Shown here: positions 37,630 to 51,544 of the stretch, piece by piece
How positions within the stretch are numbered: position 1 is the stretch's first letter
Layout: each line of letters begins with the position of its first letter
Source of the DNA: Octopus bimaculoides
Lineage: Eukaryota
Length of the DNA stretch: 64,000 nucleotides
Direction of reading: 5' to 3'
Assembly: GCF_001194135.2 (NCBI RefSeq)
Contig: NC_068981.1
Span: 140,111,403-140,175,402, forward strand
Position numbers and translations under genes: made by a program
The notes under the pieces: generated by a model
The model's database searches: none
What the model was told of the DNA's origin: nothing
What the model saw: only the letters and a program-made list of their open reading frames with translations

Positions 37630-39710
37630 AAAAGCGGAGACAGCGCAAGGAAAGTCAGCAAAATCCTAGATGAGCTCATCTTCGTCGGAGCCCTCTTCGC
37701 TGCTCTCAATGTAATCAGACATGTGCCTCCAAAATCGGCCATTTCAGCCACGGGAGAGCCTGCCAGCGCTACCAAGGCAACCCCTAAGGTTCAAAGACGA
37801 AATCGTCATCCCTCTCAAAATGGACTGTCTTAAGTAGGTAAGCAAGTAAGCAGAAAGTAATAAGTAAATAAGGCGTGATCCTGTATATACTACCGTAAAA
37901 TGTGTATATACATACATTATGGAGTTGCATGGTGTAATATGTTACCTAACTGCGAAATTCAAGCCACTGATCTACAGATAACGATACTAATAAAACGGCA
38001 ATGTTATTATATATGGAATGCAATATAAATTTCTTAACGCGTAGGCTACATGGTCTATACTTCATACATTAACTAAAGCTAAAATCATTGAATAATATTT
38101 GTATCGTGAGTCATTTAATAGATTTAAAAGTTTGCTGTGATTACTAATTGTAGATGCAACATAAATCTTTTTGAATAATTTATGTACTTGAACTACTAGA
38201 ACGCAAAAAATATTCTGTTATTTACGTACATAATACGCAAATAATAACTTGAGAAAAAGATGAAATTAACAAATATTTTCACCAAATTATTCTTCATATA
38301 ACACGTAATAAAATCATTAACAAGAACCTCACCAGTTTTTCTGAAACTGCCTAATCTAATTCTAATATTATAATGACCACAAGATAACCTATTAAAATTA
38401 CAATGTAATTCATGTAGCGTAAAAATCTGAATGAAATGCAGTATTTGCGTTATTATTCTTTCGTTAATTCATTATTTCATTATTTCGTTATATAAAATTG
38501 CTATTGTAATTACGCTCGATCATTCAGAAACAGAACCATTCAATATGAAATTTTATTGCTATAACCATGAAACTAATCTTGATTTACTGCTGCATTTTTA
38601 GACATAAGTCGCACTAGGAAATGTATGAACTATTGAACTAAGAGCTCTTCATTACTTTTCTTTACTAACACCATTGTTTGCAGTTTCCTGCTTTGCAAGA
38701 CCTTTGTAGTGAATTTCATCACTTAGTCCACTGGTATTTGCAATGTCAGCTGTTGTTTTTCCTATAATCGTTTCTATTTTTTTCCATAAATATATTATTT
38801 TCCTTTTTTCTCCTCTTCCCCATCAATATTTCATTATCATAGTTATCCATACATGAGATGTGATAAAGAAATTTTATCGATTATATATGGTACATAAACC
38901 CAAACTATATATTAATAATAAAGATAGTTGTGCATACAATTTTACCGAGGCGCCATCTCATTAAACAATAATGATTAGATGGAGTCTGAAGGGCTAGGTT
39001 CATCTTTTCTTAAACCTATTATTTTGATTATTGTAACTGAATACAGACAAAGAGAAAGGGAAGTCGTATAAGGAGAGTCGTTTCGGAGAGGATATATGAA
39101 CGAAAAACAGATAAGAAAGGAAAGTGTGAATGTTGAAAATAGGAAAAAGGAAAATATCGAAGGACAAAACGAAAGTTAAAGTGAGAGGTCAAAGAAATAT
39201 AATGATATGTTACTAGGTGTGAAAACAACCCAAATACCCCAAGGCCATGAATGTAATTATTTTAATTCTGAAAAAAGTTTTTATTGAATTAAGCTGGTTT
39301 ATTCGTTAAAAAATTATCGATGCTTCTTTCTATACATTCACGGCAAAATTAGCCCGAAACCATGAGAATATTAGCTTTCAAACTGATTTATGTTAGTATA
39401 TTATCAATGGTTTAAATTTTCAGAATTATTTAGGAAATAATATTGCAGATTATGAATTCTTAAACGAAGAAAAGGATATATAATTGTCTCAAGCAAAAAA
39501 TGAATAAAAAACGAAAGGAAACAAAACAATCAATTATAGATCAACATTTCATTTTCTATTGAATTTGCAAAAGATGAATAAATAGAAAGAAAACTTCAAC
39601 AGAACAACAGCGCTAAACTAAATACCAACTTCTTAATTCTTTATGATCTATAATATGATTTAAAATTTTCAGAAGGATTCATATATGTCATATATAATAT
39701 ATCTATGTAT

Positions 39711-39836
39711 GTAAGTATAGATGTATGTATGTATGTATGTATGTATGTATGTATGCATGTATGTATGTATGTGTGTGTATGTATGCATGTATGTATGTTT
39801 GTATGTATGCATATTTGTATGTATGCATGTATGTGA

Positions 39837-39910
<74 letters not shown>
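39711..39910. repeat. (TATG)n/(TA)n compound microsatellite
   Basis: Direct reading. Confidence 0.96.
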
Positions 39911-39913
<3 letters not shown>

Positions 39914-40012
39914 AACGTCAAAGACTTTCCGTATTCCCGAGCGTCATACTAATATATACTTTTGTTATTTACACCACCTGTCCTCGTCTGTTGTTATTTT
40001 TTGTATATTCTC

Positions 40013-40015
<3 letters not shown>
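39908..40015 (+). repeat. Short TA-microsatellite-bounded repeat starting CGAAACGTC (probable PLE terminal remnant)
   Basis: Starts with cgaaacgtc, the 3' half of a PLE-type hammerhead core, and is bounded on both sides by (TA)n. Confidence 0.4.
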
Positions 40016-40063
<48 letters not shown>

Positions 40064-40725
40064 TTTATGTACATATATATACAGCGATAAATTCTTCAAC
40101 CAACAATAATACTAGTAATTTCTTCCAACATGCGATCTCGTGAAGTCACATGCCAAACAAGATATATTATATTATTAATAATTAGGAACTATATATGCGT
40201 ATTTAGAACAAATATTGCATGTATTTATAGTAGACGAAATACAATAGAAAACTGAGAATTAATTTTGGGTAAAGCTTAAGTTGTGCAAATACAGGTACAA
40301 GAAAACATAATGGTTCATTGCTATTTACCTGTGCACCCCCCCCCCCCACATACACACATGTACGTATATGTATACACACAAAAATAAACATACACTTATT
40401 TAATTTTGATACCGACTTGTCAACTTCCACAAAAGGACAGGAATGTAGGTGAAGTGGATTTTTTATTATCGCTAAACCGAAAATGAAGGATATGTAAATT
40501 CAATGCGTACGGTATTTAAACCTAGAACTTAAAGGAGCGTGAAATATATTTTAAAGCATTATATTCTTGTCCTACATCATTGCATCACTGCAAAATTCAG
40601 CAACATATATTAACAACATATATATTCGGCTTGACTAACATACGAAAAGAAATGCATGTTACATTTACAAACCTCAAGTCAGTGTAATGCTTTTATATAT
40701 ACGTGTGTGAGTACATATACGCTCA

Positions 40726-40762
<37 letters not shown>

Positions 40763-40772
40763 NNNNNNNNNN

Positions 40773-40806
<34 letters not shown>

Positions 40807-43800
40807 AATACATATGTATATGTGAATAGTATTTTTTATAAATGACGCTGAGTACAATTAAATTGGTTATTAATTTCAAATTTATCAAGAATATAGGAAA
40901 GAAGATACATTAAAATAGAAAACCATCAGGTGGTGAGAAGTTAAATGATAGAAAATTACACTTTATGTAACATGTTCAAGATAAAGTTGAAAATTTAAAA
41001 GTTCCTAATATAAAATGCCGTCTACTAACAGACTCGAGGTTGATTTCGTATTATTCCTTTCCATTGTTCGTGTTTGTTCGATATACTTTGATTTAATATA
41101 AATTGTGAGACTACAGCAATAAAATCTGTCTGGAACAACTCAACCTTCTAAAATATTAGTAAATTTTGTGAACATGAGTACTATAACAACGACGATTTTA
41201 CGAATCAATTTAAACTATATTGCAGTAAGTTACAAAATATTGCAATTATATTTGTTAACAGCAGGGGAAAAGTGAAACCTTGAAGTACCATCAACATATA
41301 CTAATGGTATTACGGGCCCAGAAATATCGTATTCAGACTAGTAATAGCAGTCAAATCCCTCTGAAAAATCACAGTATACCAACTTAATAAAAACCATCTT
41401 AGATAATGTTCGTTGTAAACCGGTTCTGAAAGTTAAAAAAGACCCCAAAAACAAACAAAAACAAACAAAAAACTCCAATTGGTTATATCTTAACTTACTC
41501 AGACTCGGCTGGAGGTTAAACTACGCAGAAAAACTTGCATTCAAAAGAGCAATGTATGAAATAGTACACACAATATTACTGGATTAACTGTTTTCTCAAA
41601 TGAATTGAAAGTAAAATGAACACCAGCGTGCTTCTAATTTGCAATCTGTATCAATGTAATGAAAATTTTTTTATTCTCTGTCATAACGTCAGAATAAAAT
41701 TTCGTTAATATTTGTAAAAGTATATTCTGTATTTGATTTTCGGATTTATTTAAAACAAACATCTGGAATATTAACCATTAAGTTTGTTCCCAAAAATCTA
41801 TAAACTATTCTAATGTTGACATATAGTGACGTCAATCAAATGCATTTTTTAGTTCAGCTCAACATAAAGGCTGCATAAATCATGCTCAATTTTTTCATAA
41901 ACATTATTTTCCTCACATGCTATGTGGATTGCTTTTGAAAATGTTATTCTGAAAAATAGAGGTAGAATCTTATGTAATATAATAAAGTGCCACATTTGTG
42001 TCTTTGCTTTCATATTTTAGGAGAGTGGGAAAACTAGATACTTTTTGTAACTTCAAAACTCATTTATGATTGTATTAATAAATGATAAAATTGTAGTGAT
42101 TGTGAAAGTAAACCACTGTATACAATTTAATATTTTCTGTTTATTATTGTAAAATAAAAGTGCAAATATTCATTTCGCTTTTTACTTTTGCTTTGAAATT
42201 TCTCATCCTTATTCCAGATAACGGCAACACCGAGTCTCGTATATTTAAATACTTCACTTGGAAATGATGTGACTTCTAATTATTTCTTATTTTATTATAG
42301 ATGGATAGTGTTCTACGTGAATGTGCAAATATATATCATAAATGCCAATGTTTAGGCAAGTATGCCTAAGCACACGTATACAAAAATTGCTCATATTAAT
42401 CCTTTAGAAAGTGCCTATTACATGAAAATTATATTAATAAAAATATAAAACGAATATATAGTAATCACCGTCTGTCGACATTGCGATTACTGACGTAATT
42501 TCTTCAGAAAATATTAATACTTCTTCTCAAATAAGTTTTGAAAACCACGTGCAGCTATGTGTAGAATGGAATCTATGCAAATTAGAAAATATCATATTGA
42601 TATACATTTTAAAAACTAACAGATCATACTACATCAGCCTCTTACAACACAATACTGATGCTTTGTTTCATTCATTTAATATTTTATATGAATATATAAT
42701 TGGAAATATATCAATTTACACTATGTTTATCAGGAAATCCATCAAATTTTGTTCGTGTTGTACTTGAATAGCAAATACACAAAGTGATCTATAGATCCGA
42801 GTGTAGAAAATCTGAGTAGTTTTTAAACCGAATTGTTTAAAACTTGTCATAGATGGCTTGGTCTGACTGACTGATGGAAACTTCATTTACTGGTGGAAAC
42901 AGCCGACACTACTCCAATCAACACTGCTGTTGGTAGAAAATATTTATAATGTGACCTTGTATTTCTTCAAATCAATAAGCATATAACAGAAATCAACCTG
43001 ACATAGTTTTCATAAGTTAGGAATTAGTAAACATTTTATGCATAATGTTGTTGTAAAATTCGGTTAGATTCATGAATATCATTACCTAACAATTTTCTAA
43101 TTTTAATTTACATGTTTAGAGACTTCAAAAAGCATTCTTGATGAATTCGTAACAATAAGTGTATATGTTTATTAGAAAACGGAATAAGACACCTCGTCTT
43201 TATCTTTGGACAGAAATCTAACTAGAAATTAATATCCAATACTAACAGCATTCTAAGACATATTAAAGCCTGTATCTCTTTTCTTTTAAGTTTTGATTTG
43301 CACCGCCCAGCAAATGAGAGTTGGCAATTTTAATTGGTGTCACAAACCAACTTAAGTTCTATTTTCATGAGACAATTCTTGAATTTTCAGCTCTAACGAT
43401 CCAGTCCTTTTATTTTCTTTGGATCCAAAGCTATGGACATTTTGGGTACTTATCATTAAAAGTAAACTTACTATCATGAGATAGTAAGCGGAGGCTGCTT
43501 TTGAAGCCCGTCGGAGGAACCATTCTGGTCTCGAGAGGAAGACTTAATCTATGGCCCATTCAGCAATTCCATGTGCTTTTAGCAGTCTTCATTGAGTGCC
43601 AAGCATTCTGGCCGTTAGTCAAGTCTGACGTTTACTTCTTATAATTCACCTACACAACACACATGCTCTAAAAGGCCACGGTCTCTGTCTTCCCGGATCT
43701 GAGTAAGTCATTAACAAGCGCATACACTTACATATCTACATACATACATGCTTATCATAAATATATGCGTAAATAATTACATACACATGTATGTAATTCA

Positions 43801-44729
43801 TCGAATTACCTCATAATATGAAAAAAAATCAACAATTTGAAAGACATCAAGCTACTTTTTATAGATAAAATCAGAATTATAGAAAAAGTAAGAAATGGTA
43901 TTATTCGTCAAAATACTATACAAAATTACCTCATACTAACATGGTTTTTATACATGATATATATTTCGTTATTTTCATTTAGAGATATGCATTTTTCTGC
44001 TACATGTAAAAATCCTTAAAAGCAGGAAAGAAAATAACCTACAGAATTCACATACTGAAGTTATGTTGGGAAAATGTCGATTTTCTATATGTCACGGGTA
44101 AATGCCAGAATGACATAGCAACATGTTTTCATATAGATTCATTGTAAATACGCAGTTATTTAACATGTAAACTTACGACATTGAATATAATTTATGTACA
44201 CAGTTTATCAAAACGCGAAACAACAACATGAAAACAAACATACAAAACAATCAATATTTTTTACGTTAGCTTCCTTTCCACACATCTTTCCTTCAAGTGA
44301 CTCGAAAAGCATTCTTCTTTTTGTGTTCATTTTCATAGTAAAATCATTGAGGTATTAACTGTCTCTAAGATCAATGCCCGGGCATATTTTTACGCTGCTT
44401 ACGAAAATGATATATTTGTATTCTTTTCACATCTACTGATGTTCAACAATAATTCAGAATTCAAGCTCAACGGGACAATGGAACATGAAATTCAAACAGC
44501 GACTTACAGAAAGCGTGAAATTGCTGCTACAAATGATGTAAGAGATTGACGTGTGAAGTTTCATTTTATTATTACTTTCACTACAAGAAAGTCGTATGGA
44601 TGTAAAATGGTTTATTTGCATAGACGTTAATATGCATGAAGATAATTTCTATATCTCTTCCTTTCATTAATGGCTGTGCTTATGCATGAATGTATGTGTT
44701 TATGTATGTGTTTATGTATGTATTATGTA

Positions 44730-44764
44730 TGTATGTATGTATGTATGTATGTATGTATGTATGA

Positions 44765-44813
<49 letters not shown>

Positions 44814-44954
44814 CCTTTCTCCTCTGTACGTTTGCCAATCTGTCAGCCTGTCTCTCTTTCTCTTTCTCTCCTTCTTTTTCTCTCCCTCTTCGTACTTTTC
44901 TGTTGTGTATCTCCTGCCTTTCTTCCTCCTTCTCTTCCTCTCTCTCTCTTTCTC

Positions 44955-45011
<57 letters not shown>

Positions 45012-45018
45012 TATTTGC

Positions 45019-45057
<39 letters not shown>

Positions 45058-45110
45058 ACACATATATATATATATATACATACATATATATGTGTGTGTA
45101 TGTGTGTGTG
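44730..45110. repeat. Large compound microsatellite block (TATG, TCTA, CT, TA, CA)
   Basis: Direct reading. Confidence 0.95.
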
Positions 45111-48100
45111 CTTCTGTGCATGGACAGTTATACTCACGCAGGTACAGAGAACCATGTACATACATTCACATACACATAAACAGGTACATGCATATACACA
45201 CATATATGTTCATTTGGTGTTTCGCATTGATTGAGTATTAGCTGTATTTACGATAGCAGGATCCACAAGGAACGTCTGAGCAAATTGTCGGTACTAGCAT
45301 TAGAAAATAACTGTGTTGCTCTATTTTATGGGAGAAAATTTATATCTTCCTTCGATATATATATATCGGTTGCAGTAGAATACATTCATACATAGGAAAT
45401 ACATAGGTGCATATCGCAAGAGGAATATTCATGAGAAAAGAACCTCCTTATTCTTTGGTTAATAGTACGAGTCACCTACCTTTCAAAGAACTTGAGAAGG
45501 CAAGATTCGCATACGAAACTGGCTTGCCATAGCAGAAACATACGTCGTACTCACAAATAAATATGGTGACATATTTTGTGTGTATATATGTGTGTAGAAA
45601 GTCAAAATGTAACACACGAGTTGATATGTATAAGGAAAATAGGACAAGTTAAAAAATGCTAAAATAATTTTATCATGAAGAACATTTTAAAAGGTTTCAG
45701 TTTTTGCGACTTTTTCGAATTTGAGTAGACCGTGAAAAGCAATTAAACTGTGGAAAAATGAAATGAAATGTTTTTTTAATATTTTCATAGTTTTCAAATA
45801 CGTGGGTCATTTTCTTTTTTTCTGTCTTTCACTATCTTTTACTTTTGTGAAGGCTCGGTAGGTAGGTAGTAGCAGAGCTTTTCTCTACCCATGGTGAGAG
45901 GAAAGAAAAGAGTTTATTATGTAGTACTTCGTAGTGAGGGAAAATGAACGCTAGCATTTCTAAAGTTGTATAAATATTTCTTCAGATCCGCTATTACCTA
46001 TCTACCCAGCCTTCACAAAAGTAAANNNNNNNNNNNNNNNNNNNNNNNNNNNNNNNNNNNNNNNNNNNNNNNNNNNNNNNNNNNNNNNNNNNNNNNNNNN
46101 NNNNNNNNNNNNNNNNNNNNNNNNNNNNNNNNNNNNNNNNNNNNNNNNNNNNNNNNNNNNNNNNNNNNNNNNNNNNNNNNNNNNNNNNNNNNNNNNNNNN
46201 NNNNNNNNNNNNNNNNNNNNNNNNNNNNNNNNNNNNNNNNNNNNNNNNNNNNNNNNNNNNNNNNNNNNNNNNNNNNNNNNNNNNNNNNNNNNNNNNNNNN
46301 NNNNNNNNNNNNNNNNNNNNNNNNNNNNNNNNNNNNNNNNNNNNNNNNNNNNNNNNNNNNNNNNNNNNNNNNNNNNNNNNNNNNNNNNNNNNNNNNNNNN
46401 NNNNNNNNNNNNNNNNNNNNNNNNNNNNNNNNNNNNNNNNNNNNNNNNNNNNNNNNNNNNNNNNNNNNNNNNNNNNNNNNNNNNNNNNNNNNNNNNNNNN
46501 NNNNNNNNNNNNNNNNNNNNNNNNNNNNNNNNNNNNNNNNNNNNNNNNNNNNNNNNNNNNNNNNNNNNNNNNNNNNNNNNNNNNNNNNNNNNNNNNNNNN
46601 NNNNNNNNNNNNNNNNNNNNNNNNNNNNNNNNNNNNNNNNNNNNNNNNNNNNNNNNNNNNNNNNNNNNNNNNNNNNNNNNATATATATATATATATATAC
46701 ATTTATAAGTCAAAGTACTGAGGAAAAGCAAAGAACTAGGGAAGCGTTGACAAGGGAATTTGAATTAATATGATTTCATCTAATTTCATTATGTTAAAGT
46801 GAGTATAGTGGTCCAATTAAATCCACTTAGATAGAGGATCCTTTAGGGAAGTCGATGACAAGAATGGATGGTTTGGTAGTCCCCTATGGTGAGAGATAAG
46901 AAAAGAATTCTTATACAATACTTCGTAGTGAGGGAAAATGAATGCTAGCATTTCTAAAGTTCTACAAATATGAGAGGAAGAATAAATGATACATTCTGGT
47001 GTAAGAAAGCGAGATAGGTAAGATCTCTGTACTATATATAAAGTATTCAGTATAGTGAGGGGTATTCAGTTCAGAGAAATTTTAGAGAGGAATAAATAAT
47101 ACAATCTGGTGTGAGAAAGATAGGTAGATAAGGATAAATGTATTGTTGTAGATATACAGTAATGAGTATAGTGTGAGATATTTTTGTCTATGGCAATTAG
47201 TGGGAGTGAATGCAGAGTCTGGCAAAGAAATTGGATGGGCTGCAAATTTAAAGGACAGAAAAGGGAAAAAATAAAACTATGCTAGTGCCAGACTTACAAG
47301 GCTGGGTATCAATGAGAGGAGAGCTGTTAGTAATAAAGTGGACGTAAAAAGATAATAGACATTGTCTGTAGTAGGTTGTCAGATTTTTCTAGAGAGGAGA
47401 CATACGGTTGTCTAACCACTAAAAACACTAGAAATAGATGGCAACTGGTAAACAAAAGATTTATGATTTGCGGTATAAAAACTAAAATTAAGACACAGTA
47501 CTATAAAAAATATAAATAAACAAAGGACAAAAATAAAAGTAATTAAAAAGTGATTAACTTAACATTAAAAATAAAGTTAAAACTTAAAATTAAAATTACG
47601 ATTAAATTAAAAAAGTAAACGTAAAAGGATAATAGATATCGTCTGTAGTGTGTGGTCAATTTTTTCTAGAGAGGAGACATACGGTTGTCTAAATTAGATG
47701 TTAATATTAATTTGAAGTGGAAAACTTTGAAGGACATCAAAAATTTGTGCACACAGGTGCAGAATGGGTCGTCCTACATATTAAGTAACTGTGTAAGGTT
47801 ATGTAACAATATGTGTAAGGATTCTTTCAGGCATTCCCAACAAGAAGTATGTTGGTCCTGGTGTGGCGGGCAGGAATCAAGTAAAGATCGGGATATATTG
47901 TAATGAATTTTCTTTTTCTCACATGCATACATACATACATGCATGTATATATATACATACATATATATATATATATATANNNNNNNNNNNNNNNNNNNNN
48001 NNNNNNNNNNNNNNNNNNNNNNNNNNNNNNNNNNNNNNNNNNNNNNNNNNNNNNNNNNNNNNNNNNNNNNNNNNNNNNNNNNNNNNNNNNNNNNNNNNNN

Positions 48101-48380
48101 NNNNNNNNNNNNNNNNNNNNNNNNNNNNNNNNNNNNNNNNNNNNNNNNNNNNNNNNNNNNNNNNNNNNNNNNNNNNNNNNNNNNNNNNNNNNNNNNNNNN
48201 NNNNNNNNNNNNNNNNNNNNNNNNNNNNNNNNNNNNNNNNNNNNNNNNNNNNNNNNNNNNNNNNNNNNNNNNNNNNNNNNNNNNNNNNNNNNNNNNNNNN
48301 NNNNNNNNNNNNNNNNNNNNNNTATGTAGTGTGAAAATGGGGGAAGGGAGAAAGGGAGAAAGTAGTTGGTCAGTTGTAGC

Positions 48381-48465
48381 GTGTGCGTGGTGTGATACGA
48401 GGGTATTGGTGTGGTGTGCGTGGTGTGATGCGAGGGTATTGTTGTGGTGTGATGTGAGGGTGTTG
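48381..48465. repeat. Degenerate ~30-bp GT-rich minisatellite (about 3 units)
   Basis: gtggtgtgat(a/g)(c/t)gagggt(a/g)tt repeated three times. Confidence 0.75.
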
Positions 48466-48532
48466 GGAGGTGGGGAAGGCATGGGTGGAGTGTGGGGTAG
48501 AGGTAGGGGTCTGTGGGTAGGGTATATATATG

Positions 48533-48565
<33 letters not shown>

Positions 48566-49050
48566 GCATATATATGTGCGTGTGCATGTGTGTGCGTCGC
48601 GTTCAATTAAAATAATATACATATGCATGCATATATAGATATAGGACGTCACCAACGGTGCAAATAATATGAAATACGTAAACAAACGAGTTAAAAACCT
48701 AAACAACGAAGAAATGGAAAACGGGACAAGTAAACACAGAGAAATGAATCATGAAAGACAGTTGCTCCAATGAATTCTAAAATAAAATTTAGGATTTATG
48801 GAGGGTCAAAGTTGGGAACAAAAATATGACAGTGGAGACATACAAGGAAATCGAACGACGACAAGCATGGCAGATCGTTAGACCAGAACGAGATGAAAAT
48901 AATGAACGTTGGGAGAAACCTTTTTTGGGGGTGAAAAAAGAAAAGATAGATGAGAGAGAATAAAACACGTGTGTTCTTTTGAACGTCCATGCAGGAGGAG
49001 AAAGATGGTCATATACGGAAAAGAGAGATGGACGGTGGTCACGTGTGAGC

Positions 49051-49102
<52 letters not shown>

Positions 49103-49491
49103 NNNNNNNNNNNNNNNNNNNNNNNNNNNNNNNNNNNNNNNNNNNNNNNNNNNNNNNNNNNNNNNNNNNNNNNNNNNNNNNNNNNNNNNNNNNNNNNNNN
49201 NNNNNNNNNNNNNNNNNNNNNNNNNNNNNNNNNNNNNNNNNNNNNNNNNNNNNNNNNNNNNNNNNNNNNNNNNNNNNNNNNNNNNNNNNNNNNNNNNNNN
49301 NNNNNNNNNNNNNNNNNNNNNNNNNNNNNNNNNNNNNNNNNNNNNNNNNNNNNNNNNNNNNNNNNNNNNNNNNNNNNNNNNNNNNNNNNNNNNNNNNNNN
49401 NNNNAACGGTGAAAGCAACATGAAATACGTACAGAACATAATCTCGGAGAAAGGACCACCTTCTCCTCTTCCACCTCCTCCTCTTCCTCGT

Positions 49492-49585
49492 TCTTCTTCT
49501 TCTTCTTCTTCTTCTTCTTCTTCTTCTTCTTCTTCTTCTTCTTCTTCTTCTTCTTCTTCTTCTTCTTCTTCTTCTTCTTCTTCTT
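49492..49585. repeat. (TCT)n microsatellite
   Basis: Direct reading. Confidence 0.96.
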
Positions 49586-51037
49586 TATCTTCGTCTTCTT
49601 TTCGTTATTATTTTATAACCAGGATTATTATATATCCGATAGCTAAATGTTTTGTTTATCCGAATTTACTGATTTTTGTATGAATGATATTTCTAGGAGA
49701 GGAAAACTCGTATTTAAATTCTGCTTTATTCAAATTACATTATATTTCAATTCAGAAAAATGCCTTGGTTTCCTCTTACGACAAAGCGGTTAAAGTGATA
49801 GATGAGTTAATCTTGTATAAGTAATTATTTAATAATATTACTATGGTATTAGAGAAGGATACATAATCTCAGTTGCAAACTGTAAATTTATCTTGGGAAA
49901 TCTATAGTCGATAATTAAATCTAATGTATCAAATTTAGTACAAACACACAGACAGACAGATATACACACGCACGCACACATGCAGATTCATATATGTATT
50001 AAACGTAAACGGATCAAAATATATAATACGGGAAAATGGTGTAATACAGCTCATCATGTGTCTACCTAGGTTCTGTCGCAGCTTCATTGACTTAGTTTCG
50101 TTGAAGTACCATTACGCCCAGTGACGTCAGGAATACTTATAATATAGAATAAAGGTAATGACAAGATAAAAAAAAAACAGTATAAATATATAGTAGAGTC
50201 TGAGTGACTAAAACTAGTTAAACAACACGATCTTTAAAACATGTGGTTAAAGCTTATCGACTAAGGAAAAAAAAAGAAATAAACTGATAGATCACAGGAG
50301 GAACAGTAAGAAGTTCTTGTTCCCCTCTCACCTGACTGAGAGTGGAAGAGGACTGAATAGAAAGGAAATGAAACGAATTACCAATACAATGTTTTTTCAA
50401 TCGTATACCCAGTGTCATACAAATTTTCATCCTCATATAGTACCTGACGATACCTTACATAATATCTAATCTCCTAATAATCTCTTTGCTTTGATGGATC
50501 TTTATGATTACGATTGTTCCTGTAATTTTTCGATTTTTTTTTCTTGAATCCGCACCTGGACTCTGGTTGTTAGAGATGAGTTTTGGACCACTAACCAAAA
50601 TTTGAAATCCTGCATCTCGCCTAGGACGAAGAAAGAAAGAGGAGTGCTAGATAAAGGAAAGTAATCTGCATCAATCCATCCTTCCACCTCAACATCCGAT
50701 GCAGATTACCAAAATTTCTATTTGTTGCATTAGAAAAGTACTTGCCAATTCTGTAAGATATAGGAAGATTTTAAAACCCGACTCCATTAAGTTTTCATAC
50801 ACACTACTTATAGCATATCCCATGTTATACGTAGGATTTATTAAACTACTAAAGGGTCCACCCATCGTTAAGGTTAGCAATGCCCGTATGAAATATTATA
50901 GCATATATAATAATCCGGAACACTCTTGTCGAATCGGTGAGGTAACTGAGCGACTGAATGTTAATACCAGGTCTATATAGCATTCGATTCAAGAAATCTG
51001 GCGTGATTAATGTGTACATAGTAATATACATGAGCAT

Positions 51038-51124
51038 GGTAATATACATGTAATGTACATGCCCGTGGTAATATACATGTAATGTACATGCGCATGGTAA
51101 TATACATGTAATGTACATGCGCAT
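51038..51124. repeat. 29-bp minisatellite, 3 full units plus partial flanks
   Basis: ggtaatatacatgtaatgtacatgc(cc/gc)(g/a)t at 51038, 51067 and 51096. Confidence 0.92.
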
Positions 51125-51544
51125 AGTAGTATTCATGAGGACATCACAAGTACTAACTGTAGCATCCTTAATTCTACCAACCGTATCAGGGATAAGACTA
51201 GGAATGATTTTGACAAAAGCAGTGAAGGCCCTGATCGAACCAACCTGAACTACACTCCGTAGAAACCCATAAATAGATTGTGTAATTGTAAATACCATAC
51301 TTCCTGTTCCTTAGGTTACATATGTAAAATTCAGAATATTGCTTATCATGGTGTAGTTATTTGAAATTATACTAGGATGCATTTACAATAGAACTCGTGA
51401 TTTCAAGAGAGTATTATATCTGAGAATCTATTAAATAACGAGCGGTTGTGGTTGCGAAGAATGGTTAACGACTCCCTTAAGCACAATTTACAAATGTCAA
51501 GGTTATGTCGTATAGGGAAGTTTCATATACGATAGACCACAAAA

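Noticed and set aside
44458-44537. Possible 80-nt plus-strand exon (ttcAG...GTAAGA) open in two frames
   Set aside because: Weak polypyrimidine tract, no recognisable protein similarity and no partner exons; expected by chance.
44670-45234. ORFs with YI, HT, CV, LS or RE dipeptide runs (also near 18.3-18.6, 25.0-25.9, 30.8-31.3, 39.7-40.1, 57.2-57.5, 63.5-64.0 kb)
   Set aside because: Translations of (TA)n, (CA)n, (GA)n and (TATG)n tracts, which are open in several frames and on both strands.
50661-50709. 12-bp perfect inverted repeat (gtaatctgcatc / gatgcagattac)
   Set aside because: Short, with no TSD or associated element; could arise by chance.
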